Below, one piece after another: positions 28,581 to 39,088 of a stretch of DNA of 64,000 nucleotides. Position numbers and translations under genes: made by a program. The DNA is from a virus (lineage: Duplodnaviria > Caudoviricetes). The notes beneath the pieces are model-generated. The model was not told where the DNA came from. It saw nothing but the letters and a program-made list of their open reading frames with translations, and ran no database searches. The stretch spans positions 1 through 64,000 of IMG/VR virus record IMGVR_UViG_3300034410_000463. One strand, 5' to 3'. Positions within the stretch are counted from its first letter, which is position 1. Each line of letters begins with the position of its first letter.

Positions 28581-30539
28581 ATGGCTTTTTCCGTAAGTCC
28601 TTCCGTCATTGTTCGTGAAGTGGATGCGAGTCAGGCAGTACCAGGCGTTGCAACAGCTCCAGCGGCAATAGCTGGCATATTCAAGTGGGGTCCAACTAAT
28701 GATCCTATTTTAATTACTTCCGAAAATCAATTAGTAGATCGCTTTGGTACACCAACCGACGACAACTACGAGACATTTTTCACAGCAACAGACTACCTCT
28801 CATATTCAAATGCCCTTTACGTGGCACGAGCAGATGATGGATCATTAACCGCCTCAGGTACTACCGAAGTACTTGATGCAAATAACAACGTAATTGCAGA
28901 AGACAGTACATATGCAGCTTTTGACGCTAAATACGCTGGTGCTTTAGGTAACTCAATTGAGGTATCTTGGGCCACGGCAGGTTCCTTCACGGATACCGTA
29001 GCAGCTGTAGGTGATATTGAAAATAATGGAATTTCTAACAACTCAGTAACACAGACAATTGATTTTAATGCTTCAGCGTTAACCTTTGAAACTGCAAATA
29101 CAGTAGCAGCCCCATCAGTATATGTTGGCGATGTTCTTGTAATTGGTAATTCAAGCGTTGGGTTCCAAGAGCTGACTGTTGCAACAGTAGCTTCAACTGA
29201 TATCGATGAAGAGTTTGGTTCAGGTAATACCGCAGTAACAGCTACTGTTGGTACAACAACTGAACTTACATTCAACACAAGATATACACTGGCTGAAACA
29301 TCTTTAAACAAATTATCAATCGTTAAAAAGTGGCAATACAATTCAACTTTTGGTAAAGCTCCTGCAACTGGTAACATCCACGTGGCTGTTATCGATAAAG
29401 ACGGCTTGATTTCTGGAACTCCAAACGAAGTATTAGAAGTATTTGATAATCTTTCTACTACCGCAGGTTCTGTAGATCCACAAGGTGCTTCAAACTTCTA
29501 TGAAACAGTAATCGAAAACAGTTCATCTTGGATTAAAGTTGCTAATACAGCGGTAGTTACTGCAGCAATGACCAACGAAGATAGTGTTGGTACAGAAAAG
29601 CTTAACCAATACGAACGTATGGCAGGCGGTACTGATGCTTCCACTGAATCATCGGCAACGTTGAGTTCATTAGCATTTGCTTGGGATACATTCAAAAATA
29701 CAAACGAAATCGATATTTCCTTTATCCTTCAAGGTAAAGGTGATGATCTAGGTGTAAGAGCTAACTATATTATCTCTAACGTTGCAGATTATCGCAGAGA
29801 TTGCGTTGCTTTCATATCCCCATCTAAAGAAGCAGTAGTTGACGAATTAAAAACTAATTCTAAAATGGAAAATGCTATTGCATATCGTAACAAGATTCAA
29901 AATTCTTCTTACGCGTTCATTGATAGTGGTTATAAATACCGTTATGATAAGTACAACGACAAGTATCGTTGGACTCCATTGAACGGTGACATGGCAGGTC
30001 TTTCAGCAAGAGTAGATCCTTGGGAATCACCAGCCGGTTACAGAAAGGGTATCATTAAGAATATCGTTAAATTAGCGTTTAACCCAAGTAAACCACAAAG
30101 AGATGTTTTATATAGCTCGGATGTTAATCCAGTTATGTCTCAAGCAGGTCGTGGAATTGTATTATTTGGTGATAAAACTGGTCTTGGTATTAATAGTGCT
30201 TTTGACAGATTGAATGTTCGTAGATTGTTCATCGCTGTTGAGAAAAGTATCGCGACTGCAGCTGAAAGCTTCTTGTTCGAGTTTAATGATGATTTTACAC
30301 AAACTCAATTCAAGAACATCGTTGATCCATTCCTTCGGGATATCCAAGGACGTCGTGGAATTATTGACTATCGTGTTGTTTCTGACGCATCAGTTAATAC
30401 CCCCGAAGTTGTAGATGCAAACAAATTCCGTGCAAGCATATTCATTAAACCAGCTCGTTCTATTAACGTTATCGAATTAACATTCGTGGCAACTAGAACT
30501 GGTGTAGAGTTTGACGAAATTGTTGGTCAGATCGCGTAA
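28581..30539 (+). CDS. gp18: Tail sheath protein gp18
   Basis: SPSVIVREVD, FKWGP, SPAGYRKG, FGDKT, RLNVRRLF, IKPARSINVIELTF. Confidence 0.97.
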   Translation: MAFSVSPSVIVREVDASQAVPGVATAPAAIAGIFKWGPTNDPILITSENQLVDRFGTPTDDNYETFFTATDYLSYSNALYVARADDGSLTASGTTEVLDANNNVIAEDSTYAAFDAKYAGALGNSIEVSWATAGSFTDTVAAVGDIENNGISNNSVTQTIDFNASALTFETANTVAAPSVYVGDVLVIGNSSVGFQELTVATVASTDIDEEFGSGNTAVTATVGTTTELTFNTRYTLAETSLNKLSIVKKWQYNSTFGKAPATGNIHVAVIDKDGLISGTPNEVLEVFDNLSTTAGSVDPQGASNFYETVIENSSSWIKVANTAVVTAAMTNEDSVGTEKLNQYERMAGGTDASTESSATLSSLAFAWDTFKNTNEIDISFILQGKGDDLGVRANYIISNVADYRRDCVAFISPSKEAVVDELKTNSKMENAIAYRNKIQNSSYAFIDSGYKYRYDKYNDKYRWTPLNGDMAGLSARVDPWESPAGYRKGIIKNIVKLAFNPSKPQRDVLYSSDVNPVMSQAGRGIVLFGDKTGLGINSAFDRLNVRRLFIAVEKSIATAAESFLFEFNDDFTQTQFKNIVDPFLRDIQGRRGIIDYRVVSDASVNTPEVVDANKFRASIFIKPARSINVIELTFVATRTGVEFDEIVGQIA

Positions 30540-30566
30540 TAAATATACTTAAAAGGAGAAGAACAC

Positions 30567-31100
30567 ATGGCATTTAACATTAATCAGTTCAAATCAGAAC
30601 TAGTTGGTGGCGGTGCACGTCCTACGCTCTTCCAATGTCAGATCACCAACCCGGTTAATCAGACTGCCGACATTAAAGTACCATTTATGGTACGGGCAGC
30701 TGGAATCCCTGAGTCTTCAGTAGGGCAGTATTCTGTTCCCTACTTTGGACGACAGGTTAAATATGCCGGTGATAGGATATTCGCGGACTGGACAGTTACC
30801 GTAATCAATGACGAAGACTTTGCTATCAGAAACGCAATGGAAGAGTGGATGAACTTCATCAACTCTCATGATTCAAATTCAAGAGGCTTGCCTCAACAGT
30901 ACAAATCTAACGGTCAAATTACTCAGTTTAGTAAAGATGGTTCAGTATTACGTACTTACATTTTTGAAGGCATGTTCCCAATTGCTATTGATGGCATTCA
31001 AATGGATTGGTCCGCTACTGATTCTATTGAAGAATTTAGTATTACATTCCAGTACGATTTATGGAGAGTTGAAGGTAATACTGGCGTACCAACTACATAA
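30567..31100 (+). CDS. gp19: Tail tube protein gp19
   Basis: GGGARPTLF, YFGRQVKYAGDRIFADWTVTVINDEDF. Confidence 0.95.
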   Translation: MAFNINQFKSELVGGGARPTLFQCQITNPVNQTADIKVPFMVRAAGIPESSVGQYSVPYFGRQVKYAGDRIFADWTVTVINDEDFAIRNAMEEWMNFINSHDSNSRGLPQQYKSNGQITQFSKDGSVLRTYIFEGMFPIAIDGIQMDWSATDSIEEFSITFQYDLWRVEGNTGVPTT

Positions 31101-31127
31101 TTTATTATATAATGTGAGGATTGAAAA

Positions 31128-32687
31128 TTGAAATTATTTGGGTTTGAAATAAACAGAGAAAGCGAAGAGATCGTAGCTCCGGTCTCTTTCGCTGAACCAT
31201 TGAACGATGACGGTGCTATTACCGTTGGAAACGCAGTGGGTGGATTCTATAGTACTATTCTAGATTTAGAAGGTACTGCTAAGACTGAGTCCGAGCTAGT
31301 GACAAAATATCGTGGTCTCGCCATGAATCCCGAAATTACTCAAGCGGTGGATGAAATCGTTAATGAAGCAATTTCGGTCGATTTAGCAGACAAAGTTGTA
31401 GATATTGTTATGGACGACTCAGATCTTCCAGATAAGGTCAAGGATAGAGTTTCAGAAACTTTCCAAGAAGTACTTACTCTATTGGATTTTTCTAATACTG
31501 GCTACGATACTTTTTCAAAGTTTTATATTGATGGTAGAGTTAATTATCACTGTATCATTAATGAAGAAGATCTTAAAACCGGTATTCAAGAGCTACGTTA
31601 TGTTGATCCACGTAAATTAAAACTTATTCGTGAAATGGATAAGAAAAATATGGATAAGCATTCTGGAGTTCCAGTTAAAAAGATTAAATCTGAGTACTAC
31701 ATGTATTCAGAAAATGGTTTTGGTAGCGAAAAAGGATCAGGAACTTCTGGTTCTCAGGGATATAAAATTGCAAAAGACTCTATTGCCCGTATTACATCGG
31801 GTCAAATGAGTGAAAATAATGCTCTTGTTTTATCACATTTGCATGCAGCAATTAAGCCAATTAACCAGTTAAGGATGCTCGAAGATGCGACAATCATCTA
31901 TACTTTAACAAGAGCACCTGAAAGAAGAATTTTTTATATTGATGTCGGTAACTTACCTAAGTCTAAAGCCGAGCAATATTTAAGAGATATGATGGTTCGT
32001 CACAAGAACAAGCTACAGTATAATTCATCTACTGGTGAAATTACAGATGCTCGTAAGATGATGACTATGACAGAAGATTTTTGGTTCCCTCGCCGTGGTG
32101 GTGAGAGAACTACTGAAGTGGATACATTAGCAGGTGGTAATGCTCAAGGTTTAACTAATGATGAAAACCTACAGTACTTCCAGCGTAAACTATATAAATC
32201 GCTTAAGGTTCCACTATCACGTTTAGAACCAGAAACAATGTACTCTTTTGGTCGTGTTTCTGAAATTACTCGAGATGAACTTAAGTTTAGCAAATTTATT
32301 CAACGTTTAAGAAATCGCTTTTCATCTTTGTTTACTCAAATTTTAGAAAAGCAGCTTATTCTTAAAGGTATTATGACACCAGAAGAATTTGCAGAATTAA
32401 AACCAGCTTTAAGATACGACTTTATTAAAGACAATTATTTTACTGAATTGAAAGAAGCTGAAATTGCACGTGAAAGATTAACAACTCTAAGAGAAGTTGA
32501 CGAGCATATCGGCACATATTATTCAAGAGAATGGGTTCGTAAAAATGTTCTTCGTATGACTGATGATGATATTAAAGATATGGAGAAACAAATCGCCGCA
32601 GAAGCTGGAACTGAAGATGCTCCAGATGGTGGCGAAGATGATGAAGATACGAATCGCGAAGAGGATTCAAAAGTCGTTAATGGATAA
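31128..32687 (+). CDS. gp20: Portal vertex protein gp20
   Basis: NQLRMLEDATIIY...RAPERRIFYIDVGNLPK, EDFWFPRRGGER; TTG start. Confidence 0.97.
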   Translation: MKLFGFEINRESEEIVAPVSFAEPLNDDGAITVGNAVGGFYSTILDLEGTAKTESELVTKYRGLAMNPEITQAVDEIVNEAISVDLADKVVDIVMDDSDLPDKVKDRVSETFQEVLTLLDFSNTGYDTFSKFYIDGRVNYHCIINEEDLKTGIQELRYVDPRKLKLIREMDKKNMDKHSGVPVKKIKSEYYMYSENGFGSEKGSGTSGSQGYKIAKDSIARITSGQMSENNALVLSHLHAAIKPINQLRMLEDATIIYTLTRAPERRIFYIDVGNLPKSKAEQYLRDMMVRHKNKLQYNSSTGEITDARKMMTMTEDFWFPRRGGERTTEVDTLAGGNAQGLTNDENLQYFQRKLYKSLKVPLSRLEPETMYSFGRVSEITRDELKFSKFIQRLRNRFSSLFTQILEKQLILKGIMTPEEFAELKPALRYDFIKDNYFTELKEAEIARERLTTLREVDEHIGTYYSREWVRKNVLRMTDDDIKDMEKQIAAEAGTEDAPDGGEDDEDTNREEDSKVVNG

Positions 32688-32723
32688 ATATAATCAAATC
32701 AAAGTAAATCTAGGAGATTTCAA

Positions 32724-34190
32724 ATGAAGTCCTTTAAACAAATAATTTCGGAAGTAGCACAGCCAAAAGAAAAAGGTGCTCACGAAGAGCAAGCCTTTAA
32801 GGATCAACATACTTACGAAGTAAAGCCACACCCAGTTGCGTTGGATACTCAATTCACTGGTGATATTCAAAAGCCTCAGGCCATGCGTAAAGCTGACCAG
32901 AAAGGCGATGCTAATTACGACAAAGCATATTCAAAAGGTATCTTTGAAGAAGAAGCTAATCTTCAAGAAGATCCTTCTCAAGAAATTCCAATGATGGAAA
33001 AGCAATTAGACTTTATCAGTCAAGCTGTTTCAGAAATTAAAGATTCTCTTGGTAACGGTGATCCAAAAGAATGGTATCAAAACAAATTAACTGCAGCTTA
33101 TGAAGCGGTTAAAACTTTGCATGCTAACCTTCAAACCGAAGCATTATCAGGTGGTCAAAAAGAACTTGATACTGATTCAGATGGCGACATCGATGCTAAG
33201 GATCTTGCAGCACTCAGAGCTCGTAAAAAAAAGAAAACAAATGAAGAATTAGATGAAGATATGAATAAGGTTCACACCGTTGATATCGATCACGACGGTA
33301 GTAAAGATGCTAATGCAAAGAAGCACAATATTACTTTAAAGAAAACCGGCGATTATTCTCATAATGCTACTGGTAAGAAAAAAGATCTTCACAAGTATTT
33401 AGCTAAGCACTATGATTCACACGATGATGCTAAAGAGCTACATCCAGAATTGCATGAAGCAGACAAGCTAAGTGTTAAAAAAGCAATTGGTATTGCAACT
33501 GATAAGAGATACAAAGGTGGTAACATGTCTGGCGCTGTAAAGGCAATGGATAAAATGAAGCCCGGTATTTCAGATCACCCACAAGTTAGAGCTGTTCTTA
33601 AAAGAGTAAATGAATCGCTTTTTGAACTTGACGAAGATATGAATAAGGTTCACACCGTTGATATCGATCATACAGGCGATCATGATGCAAATGCTAAAAA
33701 GCATAACATTACTTTAAAGAAATCTAAAGGTACTGCCGATTCACACAGTGCTACTGGTAAGAAAAAAGATCTTCAAAAGTATTTAGCAAAACATTACGAT
33801 TCACACGATGATGCAAAAGATATTCATCCTGAAGTACATGAAACAACTATGTCTGCTACTAAAAAGCCAGTAACAATGACTGGTCCAGATGGTAAGACTC
33901 GTACAGTTATGAAAACTACTAAAGTAAAAAATACTGACGATCACGGACAAGATAAAATCAAAACAAACGAATCTATTATCCAAGAGTTAGAAGAAAATAT
34001 CAAGTTTAAAGTTGGTATGCTGAGACTTAAAAATGGTAAATCAGTAGTTCTTAAGAAGCAAGACTCAGACTTATTAACTCAAATGTTTAAAGATCTTTCA
34101 CCTACAAACCGTAGAAAACTTGGTGCAGTAGCTATGAAAGACGAAGCTGGATTTAAAGAAATCCTTGGATTTGCAAGAGAAGCGTTGTAA
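32724..34190 (+). CDS. Prohead core-region protein with EF-hand-like loop and duplicated His-rich module
   Basis: Lies between gp20 and gp21 (gp67/gp68 position in T4); highly charged; DTDSDGDIDAKD loop; internal 69/71-aa duplication. Confidence 0.65.
   Translation: MKSFKQIISEVAQPKEKGAHEEQAFKDQHTYEVKPHPVALDTQFTGDIQKPQAMRKADQKGDANYDKAYSKGIFEEEANLQEDPSQEIPMMEKQLDFISQAVSEIKDSLGNGDPKEWYQNKLTAAYEAVKTLHANLQTEALSGGQKELDTDSDGDIDAKDLAALRARKKKKTNEELDEDMNKVHTVDIDHDGSKDANAKKHNITLKKTGDYSHNATGKKKDLHKYLAKHYDSHDDAKELHPELHEADKLSVKKAIGIATDKRYKGGNMSGAVKAMDKMKPGISDHPQVRAVLKRVNESLFELDEDMNKVHTVDIDHTGDHDANAKKHNITLKKSKGTADSHSATGKKKDLQKYLAKHYDSHDDAKDIHPEVHETTMSATKKPVTMTGPDGKTRTVMKTTKVKNTDDHGQDKIKTNESIIQELEENIKFKVGMLRLKNGKSVVLKKQDSDLLTQMFKDLSPTNRRKLGAVAMKDEAGFKEILGFAREAL
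33252..33842 (+). repeat. Internal direct repeat (33252-33458 and 33630-33842)
   Basis: Both encode DEDMNKVHTVDIDH...KKHNITLKK...ATGKKKDLxKYLAKHYDSHDDAKxxHPExHE; 38 bp identical at 33255-33292 and 33633-33670. Confidence 0.92.
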
Positions 34191-34192
34191 AA

Positions 34193-34435
34193 ATGGCCTG
34201 GGTAGAAGTTCCTGGATCATACCACGCTGTTAGCAATACTCATATTTGGGAGTATGATAACGCCGCCACAGCAGCAAGTACATATGTAGATGCTAATGGA
34301 ACAACGGCAAATGGCATAAGAAGTTTTACACCACCGGGTGGAACCGCACAAGAAATATACGTAAAGGTGCGTAAAACAGGTGAAACCGCAGAACGCGGCG
34401 AGTTAAGTAAAACATATTATGACGCAAGAGTATAA
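34193..34435 (+). CDS. Hypothetical protein
   Basis: 80-aa ORF packed in the head operon. Confidence 0.65.
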   Translation: MAWVEVPGSYHAVSNTHIWEYDNAATAASTYVDANGTTANGIRSFTPPGGTAQEIYVKVRKTGETAERGELSKTYYDARV

Positions 34436-34442
34436 AAAGAAT

Positions 34443-34450
34443 TATAAATA
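34443..34450 (+). promoter_or_regulatory. T4-type late promoter
   Basis: TATAAATA upstream of gp21. Confidence 0.8.
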
Positions 34451-34481
34451 TAACTGAATAGTATAAAGATAGAGGCACAAA

Positions 34482-35174
34482 ATGAAACTTATTACAGAAG
34501 TTGTAGAAGAATGTAATGTTATTACAGATCTCAATGAAGAAACTGGCGAAAAGTCGTACTTCATTGAAGGTATCTTCATGCAAGGAGATATCAAGAATCG
34601 TAACGGGCGCATTTATCCTTCTGCGGTTCTAGAAAAAGAAATGAATCGTTATAATAAAGATTTCATTGGTACTAAAAGAGCACTTGGTGAGTTGGGACAC
34701 CCCGATGGACCAGCTATTAACGGAGATAGAGTATCACACCTTATCACCGAAATGTCAAAAGATGGCTCTAATTTTACCGGCAAAGCAAAGATTTTAGGTA
34801 CTCCGATGGGTAACATCGTCAAAACATTAATGGACGAAGGTGTTCTTATTGGTGTATCTACAAGAGGACTTGGTTCTGTTAAGCAAGGCAAAGACGGAAT
34901 CATGGAAGTACAAAACGATTTCCATTTAGCTACTGTTGATATTGTAACAGATCCATCTGGACCGAATTGTTTCGTAAATGGCATTATGGAAAATGCGGAA
35001 TATTTCTACGATATTGCTTCAGGTAACTGGCTTCCTCAGGACGTTTCGGTTGAAGAAGTAATTGAAGAAATCCAGCAAACAGTAGAGAAAGAAGTTAGAA
35101 GAACAGTTCGTCGAGTAGATGAAAGCACAGCCGCTGCGTTATTCGAGCGATTTGTGTCTGGTCTTAGAAAATAA
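34482..35174 (+). CDS. gp21: Prohead protease gp21
   Basis: IEGIFMQGDIKNRNGRIYP, ALGELGHP, GVSTRGLGS, DIVTDPS. Confidence 0.96.
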   Translation: MKLITEVVEECNVITDLNEETGEKSYFIEGIFMQGDIKNRNGRIYPSAVLEKEMNRYNKDFIGTKRALGELGHPDGPAINGDRVSHLITEMSKDGSNFTGKAKILGTPMGNIVKTLMDEGVLIGVSTRGLGSVKQGKDGIMEVQNDFHLATVDIVTDPSGPNCFVNGIMENAEYFYDIASGNWLPQDVSVEEVIEEIQQTVEKEVRRTVRRVDESTAAALFERFVSGLRK

Positions 35175-35232
35175 CTTTTTAATAAATAGTAAACATATAG
35201 AATAACCAATTAAGTTAAAAGGAGTAGAACAT

Positions 35233-36213
35233 ATGTCAAATGAGTTAGACGAAAAGTTCGTTGAGAAATCTGGTGGCGACGTTGTTCCTGCAGCAGAAGT
35301 GCAGGATACCGTATCTCCAGAAGGCGGCGAAATCAAGAAGAAAAAGGCAGATGTCAAAAAATCAGTAGATCCAAAAGCTGACAAAGTAGACAAAGTCACT
35401 CCAGGCCAAGGCGCTGTTGCAGAAGAAGCTGAAGAAGCTGATGCTGAAGCGGTTGTTGAAGAAGTAGTTGAAATTGAGGAATCAATCCAAGCTATGTTCG
35501 AAGGCGTGGACCTCTCAGAAGAATTCAAATCAAAAGTAACATTAGTCTTTGAAGCAGCTGTTCATGAAGCAGCAACTGCAAAAGCTGAAGTTGTAATTGC
35601 AGAGAAAACTGAAGCTCTAGAAGTAGAGATGAAAGAATCAGTAGATACTGCAGTTGAAAAAATCGTTGAAAATCTTGATTCTTATCTCGACTACGTAGTA
35701 GAAGAGTGGATGAAAGAGAACGAGCTTGCTATTGAAACCGGCGTTAAGGTAGAAATGGCAGAGTCATTAATGACTGGTCTTAAAGGATTATTCGAAGAGC
35801 ACAACATCGAAGTCGATGATGAAACTATCGACGTAGTTGCTGGCTTGGAAGAAGAAGTTCAAGAACTTAAGACTACTGCTAATGAAAAGATCAGTGAAAA
35901 CGTTGAACTACATAAGCAGATTGCATCACTTAATGCAGATAGAGTATTTGACGAAATGACCGAAGACTTGACTATCACCCAGCGTGAGAGACTTAAAGTT
36001 CTTTCTGAGAAACTCGACGTACAAGATATTGCGGAATACAAAACCGATCTTTCAACACTTAAGGAATCTTTCTTTGCTAAGAAAGCTACTGTAGTTGAGG
36101 AAGTTGAGGAAGAGCAAGAAATCATTACTGAAGAAACAGCGGTTAAGAGACCAGTCTCTGATCACTCTTCAATTAATGCTCTCGTTGAGTCTCTAAACGC
36201 AAGAAACAAATAA
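35233..36213 (+). CDS. gp22: Prohead core scaffold gp22
   Basis: Acidic; LSEEFKSKVTLVFEAAV, LDSYLDYVVEEWMKENELAIETG. Confidence 0.93.
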   Translation: MSNELDEKFVEKSGGDVVPAAEVQDTVSPEGGEIKKKKADVKKSVDPKADKVDKVTPGQGAVAEEAEEADAEAVVEEVVEIEESIQAMFEGVDLSEEFKSKVTLVFEAAVHEAATAKAEVVIAEKTEALEVEMKESVDTAVEKIVENLDSYLDYVVEEWMKENELAIETGVKVEMAESLMTGLKGLFEEHNIEVDDETIDVVAGLEEEVQELKTTANEKISENVELHKQIASLNADRVFDEMTEDLTITQRERLKVLSEKLDVQDIAEYKTDLSTLKESFFAKKATVVEEVEEEQEIITEETAVKRPVSDHSSINALVESLNARNK

Positions 36214-36229
36214 CCCAAAACAATAATAT

Positions 36230-36237
36230 TATAAATA
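36230..36237 (+). promoter_or_regulatory. T4-type late promoter
   Basis: TATAAATA upstream of gp23. Confidence 0.8.
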
Positions 36238-36277
36238 GATCCAGATAGAACTTATTTAAACAAGGAGATAGACAATT

Positions 36278-37621
36278 ATGGCACAGTCAAACTATCAAGC
36301 TCTTGTGGAGAAGTGGGGCCCCATTTTGGAGCACGACTCTTTTTCACCAATTGCAGATCAACACAAGAAATCTGTCACTGCGACAATTCTTGAAAACACA
36401 GAAAAGGCTCTCGTAGAATCAGGTGATATCTCTGCTTCTATGACTGGTCTTCTTAGCGAAACTACAGTAACAGGCGATGGCGGCTTCGGTTCAGCTTCAA
36501 CTGCTGCTGGTCCAACTGCTGGTTACGATCCAGTATTAATCTCATTAGTACGTCGTGCAATGCCTAATCTTATGGCATACGACATTGCTGGTGTACAGCC
36601 AATGACAGGTCCAACAGGACTTATCTTTGCAATGCGTTCAACTTACACTAACCAAGCTGGCGGCGAAGCTTTCTACAACGAAGCTGATACTGACTTCTCT
36701 GGTACAGGTGCTCATAGCGCGAAACTAGGCGAAGGTTCAGAAACTACTGGTGTAGGCCTTGACACTGACGATGCTGAAGCATTGGGAACTCTCCCAATCG
36801 TAGGCGGAACCGGTGCTGCTGGTGACCCAGTTGCTCCAACTACTTCATTCGGCGAAATGGCCTTCTCAATCGAGAAAGTTACGGTTGCTGCGAAGTCAAG
36901 AGCTCTGAAAGCTGAATACACTACTGAGCTTGCTCAGGACCTTAAAGCAGTTCACGGCTTAGATGCTGAAACTGAATTAGCCAACATTCTCCAGTCTGAA
37001 ATCTTAGTTGAGATCAACAGAGAATTGGTTCGTACAATCTACTCAAATGCTGTTGCTGGTGCAACTGCTACCGCCGCTCCGGGTACATTCGACTTAGACG
37101 TTGATGCAAACGGTCGTTGGTCAGTAGAGAAGTTCAAAGGTTTAATGTTCCAAATCGAGCAAGAAGCTAACGCTATTGCAAAAGGAACCAGACGTGGTAA
37201 AGGTAACATCGTAATTTGTTCTTCAGACGTAGCTTCTGCATTGCAAATGGCCGGTGTACTTGATTACACTCCTGCTCTTAACAGCAACGCTCTTTCAGTA
37301 GATGATACTGGTAATACTTTTGCTGGTGTACTTAACGGTCGCTACAAAGTATATATCGATCCATATGCTGGTGCAAACTACCTAGTTGTAGGCTATAAAG
37401 GTTCTTCATCTTTCGATGCTGGTATCTTCTATTGCCCATACGTTCCATTACAAATGGTTCGTGCAGTTGGTGAGAATAGCTTCCAACCGAAAATTGGTTT
37501 CAAAACCCGTTACGGTATGGTCTCTAACCCATATGCTAAAGGAATCACACAAGGTTCTGGTGCATTGGATGCCAACAGCAACGTATACTACCGTAGAGTT
37601 GCAATCGCTAACTTATTCTAA
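36278..37621 (+). CDS. gp23: Major capsid protein gp23
   Basis: GVQPMTGPTGLIFAMR, SRALKAEYTTELAQDLKAVHGLDAE, YCPYVPL, FKTRYG. Confidence 0.98.
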   Translation: MAQSNYQALVEKWGPILEHDSFSPIADQHKKSVTATILENTEKALVESGDISASMTGLLSETTVTGDGGFGSASTAAGPTAGYDPVLISLVRRAMPNLMAYDIAGVQPMTGPTGLIFAMRSTYTNQAGGEAFYNEADTDFSGTGAHSAKLGEGSETTGVGLDTDDAEALGTLPIVGGTGAAGDPVAPTTSFGEMAFSIEKVTVAAKSRALKAEYTTELAQDLKAVHGLDAETELANILQSEILVEINRELVRTIYSNAVAGATATAAPGTFDLDVDANGRWSVEKFKGLMFQIEQEANAIAKGTRRGKGNIVICSSDVASALQMAGVLDYTPALNSNALSVDDTGNTFAGVLNGRYKVYIDPYAGANYLVVGYKGSSSFDAGIFYCPYVPLQMVRAVGENSFQPKIGFKTRYGMVSNPYAKGITQGSGALDANSNVYYRRVAIANLF

Positions 37622-37645
37622 GCTAGCAAGCAAATATAATAAGAA

Positions 37646-37707
37646 GGGTGGGTTAAACCACCCCATTATTAATAAGATTAGAGAGTTCTTTGGAACTCTC
37701 TTTTTTT
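37646..37707 (+). terminator. Two hairpins, the second a Rho-independent terminator after gp23
   Basis: GGGTGG-GTTAAA-CCACCC (37646-37663) and GAGAGTTC-TTTG-GAACTCTC-T7 (37681-37707) at the point of strand convergence. Confidence 0.88.
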
Positions 37708-37721
37708 ATGTGTGTGATTTG

Positions 37722-38474
37722 TTACGCTAAGTATTCTGTCAGTCGATCGACTTTTTTACAGAAATCGTGATATGCACTAGTGACTTTATAGTGATTGTAG
37801 AATAGAGCTTTCTTTATTCTTTCCCACAAGCTTTTTTCAAGCATGGGATAACCAAACGAGAATACAATACATTCATAGTGCTGATAGTTACGACACGTTT
37901 GAATATTCCAAAATTTAGTTAGCTCTCCGTCCGTATATGGCTTTTCTCGTTTTTCCATTTGAGATGAATTTTCATAATTATCATCGTCATATACAATGTG
38001 TAAAGTAATGCCACCTTCAGACCACCAAGGTACTTCCTTGCGAGGTCTCTCAACAGTGTTAATAACATTATCATACCAATAGATATCACACCTCAGATCC
38101 CTCATCTCACGCATGAATTGGCCTTTTTGCTCTTTAGTGTTGAATACTATACCAATATATCGATGCTTAGAATCATCATGACCTTGACAACTAGTGAACG
38201 TTAGATAACCTTTTTTCTGTAAAGCAAGGACTGCGTCTTTAACTCCTGGCTCAAGGTTCTTTTCCATAATATCAGAATACTGACTTACGAAAGAAGATAC
38301 ATATTTTCCAAACTCGTCTTTATACACATACGTACGACCATTGTCGAAATGCTCATTGCCCTTAACGAACATAGCATAATGGTGACGATCTTCGGGAGTA
38401 TTTAAAGCTGGTAAGGTTTCTTCTTGAACGTATTGTTGTTCGTATTGAACACGATATTCGTATTGAGATTTCAT
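37722..38474 (-). CDS. Hypothetical protein
   Basis: 250 aa; LEPGVKDAVLALQKKGYLTFTSCQGH motif; function unknown. Confidence 0.7.
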   Translation of the reverse strand: MKSQYEYRVQYEQQYVQEETLPALNTPEDRHHYAMFVKGNEHFDNGRTYVYKDEFGKYVSSFVSQYSDIMEKNLEPGVKDAVLALQKKGYLTFTSCQGHDDSKHRYIGIVFNTKEQKGQFMREMRDLRCDIYWYDNVINTVERPRKEVPWWSEGGITLHIVYDDDNYENSSQMEKREKPYTDGELTKFWNIQTCRNYQHYECIVFSFGYPMLEKSLWERIKKALFYNHYKVTSAYHDFCKKVDRLTEYLA

Positions 38475-38489
38475 CTGAGCTCCATGAAT

Positions 38490-38516
38490 AAAAAAAGGAG
38501 AGCCTAAGCCCTCCTT
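38490..38516 (-). terminator. Rho-independent terminator
   Basis: Minus strand GGAGGGC-TTAG-GCTCTCC-T7. Confidence 0.75.
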
Positions 38517-38537
38517 CTATTTATCACCTATAGACTA

Positions 38538-38834
38538 TTAATCTACTTGCTGCTCGATTCCTTTTACAGGCTCTAATACTGCTTCTGCAAATTGCATAAA
38601 CTCTTCACTCTTAGCTGCTTCTTGAGCTAAGTTAGAAGCATGATAGATACGTGCTAGTTTATTGAAATCTTTCTTTGGGACCAAACAATCTTCGAGAATT
38701 TTCTCAGCAATTGCTTTCATATGGTCTTTTTCAGCTTCAATTCTTACCATCGAGTTAGACATTTCCTTCAAAGCATTTTGAATTTGTGTTCTATTCTTTT
38801 CGGTAATAATTGTTGGTAGTGTTTCGTCACTCAT
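38538..38834 (-). CDS. T4 DsbA-like dsDNA-binding protein
   Basis: ALKEMSNSMVRIEAEKD...KKDFNKLARIYH pattern. Confidence 0.7.
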   Translation of the reverse strand: MSDETLPTIITEKNRTQIQNALKEMSNSMVRIEAEKDHMKAIAEKILEDCLVPKKDFNKLARIYHASNLAQEAAKSEEFMQFAEAVLEPVKGIEQQVD

Positions 38835-38847
38835 AATATAACTCCAG

Positions 38848-39003
38848 TTAGGTTGTACTTGCGATTAAATTAATTAAAGCCATAGCACCAAACATAAACG
38901 CAAGTACGACAAATTGTACTATTGAGGCATAAGCTGCCTGTCTGATTGGATGCATTTCAGCCAGTTTTTCTAAAACAGATTCGTTTTCTATATCCTTATT
39001 CAT
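38848..39003 (-). CDS. Small predicted membrane protein (51 aa, not in ORF track)
   Basis: MNKDIENESVLEKLAEMHPIRQAAYASIVQFVVLAFMFGAMALINLIASTT with GGGAGA RBS. Confidence 0.6.
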   Translation of the reverse strand: MNKDIENESVLEKLAEMHPIRQAAYASIVQFVVLAFMFGAMALINLIASTT

Positions 39004-39088
39004 ATATCTCCCTAGTTAATGACACAAATCTTCATACATGCCAGAATACTTACGGTGATGGCTCTGATCTCCATCATGTATTTTAATG

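Noticed and set aside
28817-37730. Antisense and alternative-frame ORFs over gp18-gp23 (e.g. 28817-29377, 35139-35528, 36712-36921)
   Set aside because: Fully nested in conserved core genes, with compositions typical of reverse-strand shadows.
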